64,000 nt of DNA from Nitrosopumilus sp. GTDB taxonomy: Archaea; Thermoproteota; Nitrososphaeria; Nitrososphaerales; Nitrosopumilaceae. The stretch spans positions 1,344,001 through 1,408,000 of the forward strand of contig OZ245040.1 in NCBI GenBank assembly GCA_965224195.1, read 5' to 3'. The notes beneath the pieces were generated by a model. That model worked only from the letters and a program-made list of their open reading frames with translations, searched no databases and was not told where the DNA came from. Position numbers and translations under genes: made by a program. How positions within the stretch are numbered: the first letter of the stretch is position 1; the number at the start of each line of letters is the position of its first letter. Below are positions 50,364 through 60,000 of this stretch, piece after piece.

Positions 50364-51362
50364 CTATTCTGTGGAATCAGGCCACATCATTTTACGCATT
50401 TCTTTGCCAACTTTTTCAATTTGGTGTTCGTCATATACTTTCATGTGTTTATCAAATGCATCTTTGCCGTTTTTCTGATATTCAGAAATCCACTCGCTGT
50501 TGAATGTACCATCTTGAATCATGGTAAGAACTTTTTTCATGTTCTCTTTGTTTGATTTATCCATAACCATTGGTCCACGTGTTAATCCGCCATATCTGGC
50601 AGTTTCACTTACGCGTCTCCACATTCCATTAATTCCATATCTTTGAATCATATCTACAATGAGCTTAAGTTCATGTAAAACTTCAAAGTATGCAATTTCT
50701 GGCTGATATCCTGCTTCAACAAGAGTTTCAAACGCATTTGTAACCATAGAAGCTGCTCCACCACAAAGGTCAGCTTGTTCACCAAACCAATCAGTTTCTA
50801 CTTCTTCTTTGAATGCAGTTTTGATTAGTCCGGCTCTTGCACTACCAATTGCTTTTGCAATTCCCAACGTTCTATCCCAAGCTTTTCCTGTGAAATCCTG
50901 TTCAACTGCAACGATTGCAGGAGTTCCAAAATTTTCAAGATATGTTTCTCGGACTTTAGAACCAGGCCCCTTTGGTGCAACCATGATTAAATCAACGCTG
51001 CTTGGTGCCTCAATCCATTTCCAATAGATTGCAGCTGCATGAGAAAATGACAATGCTTTTCCGTCTGAAAGATTTGGTCCGATTTCATCTCTGTATACTT
51101 GACCTTGAATCATGTCAGGAATCAACATGTGTACAATGTCTGCCTGTTTTGTTGCATCTGCAACAGACATTACTTTGTGACCATCAGCTTCTGCCTTTTT
51201 CCAGCTGTTGCCGCCTTTTTTAAGGCCAATTATTACATCAAGACCAGAGTCTTTCATGTTGTTTGCTTGTGCATCACCTTGAATGCCATAACCAATTACA
51301 GCAATGGTTTGATCTTTAATTGGATCAAGGCTGATATCGGCATCTTTCCATGTTTTTGCCAT
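50364..51362 (-). CDS. ilvC: Ketol-acid reductoisomerase
   Basis: GYGIQG, MVAPKGPG, ETDWFGEQ..LCGG, SETARYG. Confidence 0.95.
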   Translation of the reverse strand: MAKTWKDADISLDPIKDQTIAVIGYGIQGDAQANNMKDSGLDVIIGLKKGGNSWKKAEADGHKVMSVADATKQADIVHMLIPDMIQGQVYRDEIGPNLSDGKALSFSHAAAIYWKWIEAPSSVDLIMVAPKGPGSKVRETYLENFGTPAIVAVEQDFTGKAWDRTLGIAKAIGSARAGLIKTAFKEEVETDWFGEQADLCGGAASMVTNAFETLVEAGYQPEIAYFEVLHELKLIVDMIQRYGINGMWRRVSETARYGGLTRGPMVMDKSNKENMKKVLTMIQDGTFNSEWISEYQKNGKDAFDKHMKVYDEHQIEKVGKEMRKMMWPDSTE

Positions 51363-51398
51363 GATTGTGGCATGGATATTGCAAATATTAACTATGAA

Positions 51399-51518
51399 TT
51401 AAATTTCAATTATTTTGTCACATGAACGGCATTTCACTGCAATCTTTTCACCTGCAAGCCTAATGAATCGTTTTGAACCACATTTTGGGCAAATAGGACA
51501 CGAACGTGCAGGTTCCAT
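51399..51518 (-). CDS. Putative 39-aa Zn-ribbon protein
   Basis: CPKCGS...CRSCD. Confidence 0.5.
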   Translation of the reverse strand: MEPARSCPICPKCGSKRFIRLAGEKIAVKCRSCDKIIEI

Positions 51519-51556
51519 AGCAATTCAATTATAACTTTTGATTTAATTAAACCAGT

Positions 51557-51994
51557 CTATTGTATAGTGCCACTGCCAAGAATTCGAATTGTGGTTGATT
51601 CAGGTTTTAGAACAACTGCAACTTGTCCCTTTTTGCATACAATTGGTTTTTCAAACGTCAGTTTTAAAGGGGAAATGGACGAGAATTTGGCAGCTTTTAT
51701 TTGTAATCCAACACTTACAAGACATCCTTGATTTTCTGCAATATCACTTTTGTAAAAGGGACTCTTTTGAAAATCAACTGTCTCTTCTTTAGAATTAGAT
51801 TTTATAATTTTTATTTTATTTTTACTTGATAATTGTTTAATTTGTTCAAGTGTATTTTTTTCCAACAACTCTTCATTTGCAATACTGGATGTGACAGCTA
51901 ATGTATGGCCTAGCTTTAATAATTCATCTACAATCTGTGGACAATTTAATTCTCCAAATATTGCAATTATGGCAGATGAGTCAAATATTTTCAA
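51557..51994 (-). pseudogene. Chimera: N-terminal part of a PIN domain fused to the C-terminal barrel of a SelB/EF-Tu-like protein
   Basis: IFDSSAII...NEE (PIN) followed by KSPFYK..VSVGLQ..LTFEKPI..RILGSG. Confidence 0.6.
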
Positions 51995-52001
51995 AAAATT
52001 A

Positions 52002-52635
52002 TCACGATATTATTACTGTGCCTTTTTCTTTCATTTTTTTTATGATGTAGTTATGTGGCTTGTTTAATAATTCTGAAGCTCGTTCAGATGAAATTTTTTT
52101 TTTATTTACCAATGAAAGAGTATGATTTTCAATAGATGGTTTCAATTTATCATATGCAATTGGTTCATTAGTCATATCAGGATATGCAGAGTATACGTAA
52201 GATAATATTTCATTGGCATTCATATCAGGATATGCAGAGTATACGTAAGATAATATTTCATTGGCATTCATATCATTGAGAAATTTTTTGTATTCAGATA
52301 ACAAATGGATTATCTGTTCACTTTCCTCGGATTCAAATATATTTGCAATCTCTTGTCCTTTCCTAGTTAGTTCTATTTCTCCTGGAGTAGTTACAAAAAC
52401 ACCAATGTCTTCCAGGTATACTGATTCCTCATCTATTATCTCGCTATATGGTCCATAATTATCTGCATCATGGCTGGTTTGTCCTTTAATCTCATCTAAT
52501 TTGTCTGAAAGCAAAAACATCATTTTTTGGAGTTTTATCCTGCCTTTGATTGGCTCATCATTTGGCTTTTGCCGGTAAAATCATCCATCTCTGCAGATTA
52601 TCTGCATTGCTGATCATTTTTTCTTTCAAAGTCAT
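52002..52635 (-). pseudogene. Putative antitoxin partner of the PIN gene, frameshifted, with a 48-bp duplication
   Basis: PIKGRIKLQKMMFLL, YGPYS, LTRKG, YVYSAYP, ISSERASELL; frameshift near 52570. Confidence 0.6.
52172..52275. repeat. 48-bp tandem duplication
   Basis: DMNANEILSYVYSAYP x2, identical DNA. Confidence 0.9.
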
Positions 52636-52721
52636 GATACTTTTATCCTACCTATTTTGATATGCAGGTTATAATATCATAGTTTTGACACTGTAGATTA
52701 TCCCATCAAGGTTCTGTCAAG

Positions 52722-53084
52722 TTAGCGAGGCTTTAGACCGTCCAAAGTCTCTTTTACAATATCTTTCATTTTCAAATCAAGATGAACACCTTTAGCTTTG
52801 AGATTAACCTCTAAACTTCGAGGTGTAAACTCTGGCTCTGATATGGAATAATCCTCATCAATCTCTTCAGTTTCATCAAACGCTTCTGGTTCAGAAAGAA
52901 TTTCTTTTGTAGCAATCTCTCCCATTGTTCCAATCTCATAAGGTATGTTTCTACTAAATTCAGGTTTGGGAGGTGGAGTCGGTTTTGTAAAACAACGATG
53001 CGTCTTAATTGCAACAATTTTTGGACATCTCAGACAGTCATAGTAATCCCCTCTAGAAATTGTAAATATTCCAGTCGTTCTCAA
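52722..53084 (-). pseudogene. Truncated hypothetical protein, possibly the N-terminus of a RecB/PD-(D/E)XK-type nuclease
   Basis: ISRGDYYDCLRCPK resembles such N-termini; stop codon lies in an IS-like end. Confidence 0.35.
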
Positions 53085-53267
53085 ACTCTTTTATCCCTAA
53101 GACATATGTCATGTTGAGATCTTTTCAGACTCATTTATCATCTTAGCATATTCAGATCTAAAAATTGGCACCTTGATATATTTCTTCGGGGCTTTTTTTC
53201 CTGTGAAAAGCCTGTGTGCCAAGTTGTCGTTGTGATCAATCAGATATATGCGGTTCTTCCCCACTAC

Positions 53268-53316
53268 AGTTTTACAAACCATCTATTAGTTTTACAAACC
53301 ATCTATTAGTTTTACA
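53268..53316. repeat. 20-bp tandem repeat x2.5
   Basis: AGTTTTACAAACCATCTATT. Confidence 0.9.
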
Positions 53317-53699
53317 GACATTTCCTGTATCTCATACGAGCTAAGTGAAATTAAATAGTCAACATTGTATTTTTTGTTTACGCACAAACACAAATTGATA
53401 TATTTCAAAATCATTGCTTTTTTGAGGTAAGAAATATTTTCAAGTTTATTTTGTTCTGTTTTTGGCAGAAACTCTACCAGTAATGTTTTGCCTTCTCTCA
53501 TATCCTTGTTTAGTTCTATCAATCTTTTTCGGGGTAATTTTACCAAAGATTTCACGGAATACTTTAGATGACAATATTTGGATAATCTAATGTGTGAAAG
53601 TATTAACCCACGTCTGTATTGACCGATACTTTTTAACATGTCTTGCTGAGAAGTTGTAATGTATTTCATCATTTTCTCACGCCCTCGATTTTTTGACAT
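53292..53699 (-). CDS. Basic hypothetical protein
   Basis: 135-aa ORF. Confidence 0.5.
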   Translation of the reverse strand: MSKNRGREKMMKYITTSQQDMLKSIGQYRRGLILSHIRLSKYCHLKYSVKSLVKLPRKRLIELNKDMREGKTLLVEFLPKTEQNKLENISYLKKAMILKYINLCLCVNKKYNVDYLISLSSYEIQEMSVKLIDGL

Positions 53700-53787
53700 G
53701 GTTGTTAGTTGGAAATACGGTAATTAAGTGTGATCAAGCAAAGATTGTTTCAGGTATCCTAGTCATTTCTACACTATTGCAAACAAC

Positions 53788-54658
53788 TCACTTGAGTTTA
53801 AGATCTTTATTATACCAACCCTCGTCATTCAGCTGGCCTACAGGCATTGTTGCAATTATTTGAGGTGTTGTAGAATGGGGATCACATCCGTAATCATCAC
53901 TGGGAATAGTGTATATTCCCGCACAAGGAGCAGCATTTAACAAAAGAGTGGATTGGTGATTCATCATTATTAATAGTAAAAGACGCGATGGTTTTGGTTC
54001 TTTTTTCAAAATGTTCACGCATATCTGACACATTATTATATTGACAATAATACGAGTCATGATCAGGTGACCAAGTGAAACCTTTGTCAGTTACCAGTTT
54101 TATATCTCTGAGACAAAAATCAGGCGGACTGCGTTGCTCACCGCTCTTGCTCTCAAATGAGATGTAGAGATGACATTGATCCTTTTCTACATAATCACAA
54201 CGCCATCCAGTACAGTTATCTTCAGATATGTTATCTTTAGATATGTCATCTCCATGACCTTTGATTAAACCAAATAATTTAAAATCAAAACCATCAATAT
54301 GCCATTCGGTGTTGGCATATGCTTCTACAATATTTACAGACTTGTAGTTCAACTGTTTTTTCAGTTCATCATTCTCTGCAACCGCTCTTTCATGCTCAAG
54401 TTTTAGAGCATCATACATTGATTCGGCCATCTCCTTGCTCTGCTTCAATTCTTCCATAGACGTGTCTGAGACCAGCAGAATCTTGTTTTCAATCAAATAT
54501 TCAATTCCCTTTAGAAACTCATCATCACTTATCTTCCCTTCTACCCAGAACTCAGCTATGCCCTTAATCCATACTGGGATTGTATCGCTTTGAGAGTATG
54601 CAAAACCAACACTTGAAATTATCATAATGAATAAAGTAATGCTGATTAGAACTCTCAA
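53788..54658 (-). pseudogene. Secreted protein with thaumarchaeal IPxWIK domain and coiled coil, probable frameshift near 53950
   Basis: Signal peptide; IPVWIKGIAEFWVEGKISDDEFLKGIEYL; overlapping ORF 53788-54060 gives a plausible C-terminus. Confidence 0.6.
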
Positions 54659-54963
54659 TTAAAGACCGAAATTTTAGGCATTATAAAAAGATACAAACAT
54701 GAATCCCATGAGAATCCATATTCAAGTGTATAACTTTACAGAACCATATATAACAAGATTTAAGAGAAACATGTTTGTATGTATTGTATCGGTAGGCTAG
54801 ATGCGAGAAATAATCAATACTCCCAGGACATGCTATCATTTTCATGGTCATTTGATGCCTGCCAAAAAATAGACAAGGTACAAAAAGAGATCTTAACATC
54901 GTCCACAAATGAGGACAATGTTAGGTTGTGTATGTTACAATTTTTATCAGTTCAACTTTGCAG

Positions 54964-55937
54964 TCATTTGAAAGAAAAGACAGGATCAAAGACTTGGCCC
55001 AAATCCAGATCAGCAACCAAGACATCACCATCAGGCTCAAAAGCAATACTAACAGGAGACATAAGATTATGGGCACTATTAGGATCTTCAGAACCAAAGC
55101 AAGTCTTGTAATTATAGGTCGAATTAAAGACTTGAATGCGGGAGTTGCCAGTATCAGCTACAAATATGTCGCCGTTAGGAGGGCCAAAAATACACCATTA
55201 GGTGAGTTAAACTGTCTATCACCTAAACCTACAACTGCCAAAAGAAGACTTTAAAGTACCATTGTAAAAAAACAGAGATTTTACTCGCACCCCTATTAGC
55301 AACCAAGAGATCACCATCAGGCTCAAAAGCAATATCATAAGGAACAGAAAGTACATTACCACCAAACTCAGACTTGTAAGAAATACCAGTAACAGCAGAC
55401 TGGGAAGCAGAAGGAGGAGCAACAGCAGACTGGGAAGCAGAAGGAGGAGCAACAGCAGACTGGGAAGCAGAAGGAGGAGCAACAGCAGACTGGGAAGCAG
55501 AAGGAGGAGCAACAGCAGACTGGGAAGCAGAAGGAGGAGCAGATCTAGAAAGCCTTTCTAAAGACTGACCTTCAAACGGCAACAGCTTTACTCGCACGTT
55601 ATCTGATCTGCCATCATCATCAAGTAATCGGATGTAAATCTTGCATGACTTGTCATCAGCTACATCAAATGTATAAGATGTTTCTGAACCATCCAGAACT
55701 GTCTTGGTTTTTTTGCCTTGACAGTTATTCCTTATGATATATTTTTTTACGCCGTCTTGCGCATCCCAAGACAGTGTGGCTGTGCCGTCATAATCATAAT
55801 CACCATCATCTCTCCCCCCCCCCATTGCGTGCCACTGTGACGCCTTGAGGTGTAATATCAGCATATATGGCAACAGGTGAGACTATGAGAACCAAAGCCA
55901 ATGCAGTTATGACAAATATGGAAAAGATAATGTTCAT
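54964..55937 (-). pseudogene. Secreted Fn3 + Pro/Ser/Ala repeat + NHL-repeat protein, frameshifted
   Basis: Signal peptide from ATG 55937; G10 tract at 55814-55823 breaks the frame; NHL motifs PYDIAFEPDGDLLVAN, GDIFVADTGNSRIQVF, PVSIAFEPDGDVLVAD across further shifts. Confidence 0.75.
55391..55540. repeat. Five perfect 30-bp tandem repeats encoding APPSASQSAV
   Basis: AACAGCAGACTGGGAAGCAGAAGGAGGAGC x5. Confidence 0.95.
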
Positions 55938-56081
55938 ATCAGAAATCAATTTTTACAGTAAATAGCTCTTTTGATTCTTGGGTCAGTTAGAATTGATGCA
56001 GGTCTGCCGTGCTTTGCAATTGCTTCTCTGAGGACTAGATGGCGTTGTCTGTTGTTGCTTTTGCAAACACGCCATGATGAA

Positions 56082-57086
56082 TTATAAATCTTGATGCATC
56101 ATCCTGATTCTGCGGCATCCAGATACTGCAGCAACAACAATGCCCACAGGCAGCACCCCATACATCAGTAAGTTAAGCACGATGACAAATGAGCCGTGCA
56201 GTACGACTGAGAGTTCGCTGGCAGGATCTGCCAGACCCATCACATTTAACGAGTATATCATTGGGGTAATGTATATCTTGACTGCCTCTCTGAACATGGG
56301 ATTCTCCCGCTGATAGTCTGAGACTAGTGGCGAGAATGCATAATAAAGCGAGTTAAATGACTCCATAAAGATGCCTGCTGACTGTGTGTGTGAGAGCTGG
56401 TTGTCCCTTATTTCACGCAGCATCTGGACTTGGGGTGCCAGTTCTGTTCCGTAGGCAGCTGTGGCAATGAGGCATCCGCCGCCGTCTCCATTATTCTTCT
56501 CATCAGTACTCACAGCGGATTCTGCCACACATTTGCCGTCATGCAAAATTGTACCAGGACCGCACGTCATCTCTTTTGTGGGCTCTTCTTTTATTGGTTC
56601 TGGAACATATCCATCAGGCACATCACCACTACTACTACTGCTACTACTATCATCATCACTACTACTGCTATCATCACTTTGTTTGACAGTTACAGTACCG
56701 CTCATCCAGGGTTGCAGCGGTGAGAAAAACTCAACAGAGCCGGATTTCACAAAGGTGTAAGAGAATGACCCGTTAGGTAAAATCACGCCTGAGTCAAACA
56801 GAACACCTGCATTATCATCGAGAATCCTGCCAGATACAACGCCGACAGGGTATGACTGTTCATTGTGCCATGTTACGGTGTCATACTGGCTTATCTGCAT
56901 CAGATGGGCAGACCAGCATGTGGCATCCTCCTCACACCCGGAAAAATTATCACTGGCAGCAACAAACACGTCATATGATTCAGCAGCATACGCCATTCCG
57001 ACTGGAACAAGCAGAATCAGCAAAAGGATGCAGGAAAAACCATACATTGTAAAACCATTTACCGAATCAGTCATCATCATCATCAT
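56082..57086 (-). CDS. Cupredoxin-fold surface protein with Ser/Asp linker and CFI-box-CTERM anchor
   Basis: DTVTWHN, FDSG, FSYTF, PWMSGTVTV; CGPGT; GGGCLIATAAYGTELAPQVQMLREIRD; C-terminal TM. Confidence 0.8.
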   Translation of the reverse strand: MMMMMTDSVNGFTMYGFSCILLLILLVPVGMAYAAESYDVFVAASDNFSGCEEDATCWSAHLMQISQYDTVTWHNEQSYPVGVVSGRILDDNAGVLFDSGVILPNGSFSYTFVKSGSVEFFSPLQPWMSGTVTVKQSDDSSSSDDDSSSSSSSGDVPDGYVPEPIKEEPTKEMTCGPGTILHDGKCVAESAVSTDEKNNGDGGGCLIATAAYGTELAPQVQMLREIRDNQLSHTQSAGIFMESFNSLYYAFSPLVSDYQRENPMFREAVKIYITPMIYSLNVMGLADPASELSVVLHGSFVIVLNLLMYGVLPVGIVVAAVSGCRRIRMMHQDL

Positions 57087-60000
57087 TATTTTAAGACGCC
57101 CACCATGTAAGACAAGACTATCTTTAGCTGCTCTACTGAAATCTGATTTTTATATACCATCTCTCCAAGGTATTTCTTTATCCATTTTGGCAATGATACG
57201 TCAGGTGGCAGGTCATTTGTAATGCCAAGTGACTTTATCAGCTCAGCATCAGTTGCAGAGAATTCAGAGTATCCTGCCCATCTCTTTATCATCTCATTTT
57301 GCTTTTTGATGGCATCAGTGCTCTGGGTGTCAGATGATGGTGGTAGCAGTTTAATCACCTTATCATCTTGGGCGATGGCTGTCTTTGATGCATCAAGGCA
57401 TGTTCCATCATGATTCATCACCTGCTCAGACAGACATGCAAAGGTTCCAGGTTCAGGGTCCATACATAAGCCATTATCCAGCAACAATTTGCCTGCATCA
57501 CATGATGATGTGATGTCGTCAGATGATGCAATAGTGTCAGATGATGCAATAGTGTCAGATGATGCAGAGTCAGATAAAGAGCCTTGCGCATCATTCTGTG
57601 CTGTTACAGTCAGAGCATTATGAATGGTAAATGTCAGGGCATTTCGCCTGTCATCCCATGCATATATTTGAATGTCAGAGGTATCCATTGCTTTGCCAAA
57701 GGTTACAGAATAGTCCCATGTTGCAACGCGTACATCAACTTTGGCAATACTGACAGACGCATTCTCAATTAGTCCGTTTGGATCAATTATTTTCAGGGAG
57801 TTGCTGTTATTATTATTGTTGTTGCCATCATTGTATTTTTTGTCCCAGACTAGTTTTGTGTCACTGTCACATATTTGGTTGTTTGATATTTGCTTGTTCA
57901 GACACAGCTCAACATGAGAGATGTTCTCCCATGATATGTTATCATGCATTGTCAATGATATCGGGATTGATTGGCCTGTCTGTACTAGTACGGGGTTGTC
58001 TAGTGTGTGGTCCAATCGGGATGGCTCTGGAGATATTCCCACTGTTCCGATGAATATGGTGTTGGTTTTCCCATCAAAGGAGGTGGTGGGGAATGAAGGC
58101 GGAGTGGACTCGGTACTGCTGCTGCTGCTGCTACCTCCTCCAGAACTACGGCCAGTTCCTGTAATGGTAATGTGATTGTCCGGTGATGCATCTATTTGAT
58201 TGCCTGAAACATCAGATACTGCTCCTTTCAGGATGTCCAGTTGTGGGGCAGTCAATGCAATGACTGATTCCCTTTGGGATGCAGTCAGCTCAATTTCTAT
58301 GAAATTACTGTTGCCGACAGTTTTAACTGTTGCATCACTCAGGACAGTACCGCTGCTGCTTGCTGACTCACTGATGAATAATTTGGATAGATCAAGAGAG
58401 GAAGCCAATGCGTACTCGTGGATGGCATCACCAGCATTACCTACAACAAACATCTTTGTTCCAGCTGGGTTAAATGCCACACCTGTTGGATTTGCATCCT
58501 GTAAAGATACTGAGAAAGTGTCTGCATGGGTGGGGGCAGATATGTCAAAGGGGGCAGACAGGGCGTACTCGTGGATGGCATCACCAGCATTACCTACAAC
58601 AAACATCTTTGTTCCATCTGTGTTAAATGCTACATCTGCCGGAGTTGCATCCTGGCCAGATACTGGGAAAGAGACATCTGCAAAGACGGAGGAGGATACG
58701 TCAAAGGGGACAGATAATGTATACTCGTAGACACGATCATATTGAGCACCTATAACAAACATCTTTGTTCCATTTGTGCTAAATGCCATGCCTGTTGGAC
58801 TAGTTTCCTGGTCAGATACTGGGAAAGAGTCATTTGCAAAGACGGAGGAGGATACGTCAAAGGGAGTATCTAATGCGTACTCGTGGATCTCTCCACCAGC
58901 ATTACCTACAACAAACATCTTTGTTCCATCTGTGTTAAATGCTACATCTGCCGGAGTTGCATCCTGGTCAGATACTGGGAAAGGATCTACAAAGGAGAGA
59001 GTAGATACGTCAAAGGGGTCAGACAGTGTGTACTCGTTGATATCCTTACCAGTAGCACCTGCAACAAACATCTTTGTTCCATCTGTGCTAAATGCCATGC
59101 CTGTTGGACTAGTTTCCTGCGTACCTACTGAGAAAGATCTGTCTGTATGGGCGGCAGTAGACAAGTCAAAGCCCTCGTTTGTTATTGTCTCATCAAAAGT
59201 TATTGCCAAGACTCCTGTTCCCTCATTTAACGTTGCTGACTGAAATTTTGGAGGGGTGCTGTCAGCAGATGGTGATGGTGGCTGTACAGCATTGGTGGTA
59301 GTCACGGCATTATCTGTTGCTGCATCAATGGCATTTCCTGATATGTCCCGTACGGCGCCTACCCCAATGTCAAGCTGCGGTGTGAGAGAGTTTGCAAGTA
59401 CTGTGCTTATCTGTGGTAAAGTCAGCTGAATCAGGATTTCAGTACTGTTGCCTGTTGTTTGAACTGCCGCACCGTCAAGTGACACCTGGTTTACAGTGTT
59501 AGGTGCGCTGAGGAACAGATTTGTCAGGTCAATGTCCGTAGTTGGCGTGTTGTCTATTCTCTCATCAAATATGATTGTCAGCATGCCAGTACCTGCATCA
59601 AATGCTGCAGACTCAAAGGCGGGCTTTACAGCATCAGGGACAGTATTCACGGTATTGTCATCTGATGCGTCAATGGCATTTCCAAACAGGTCAGTTACTG
59701 CAGAGTCTGCAATGTCAAGCTGCGGTTCAGTAGAGTTGCCAATTACGTTGGTCCTCTGCCTCTCAGTTAGGGTAATTTCAATCTCAGCGCTGTCACCGCT
59801 TGTGTCAATGCCAGCACCGGTAAGCGGTGTCTGGTTTACTGTGTTAGGTGCGCTAAGGAACAGCTTTGTCAGGTCAATGTCTGAGAAATTAGTGTTGGCT
59901 ATTCTCTCATCAAATATGATTGTCAGCTTGCCGGTGCCTGCATCAAGTGAGGCTGAATCAAATGTTGGCGGGGTATTGTCAGCAGATGGTGGTACTGGCA

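Noticed and set aside
55219-55512. Poly-Leu ORF as a membrane protein
   Set aside because: Alternative frame of the VNTR; only its last codons belong to the frameshifted NHL gene.
55391-55540. 30-bp repeats as a CRISPR array
   Set aside because: No spacers; contiguous in-frame coding repeat.
57517-57566. 18-bp repeat (SSDTIA) and Ser/Asn triplet runs in surface genes
   Set aside because: Ordinary low-complexity linkers that keep the frame.
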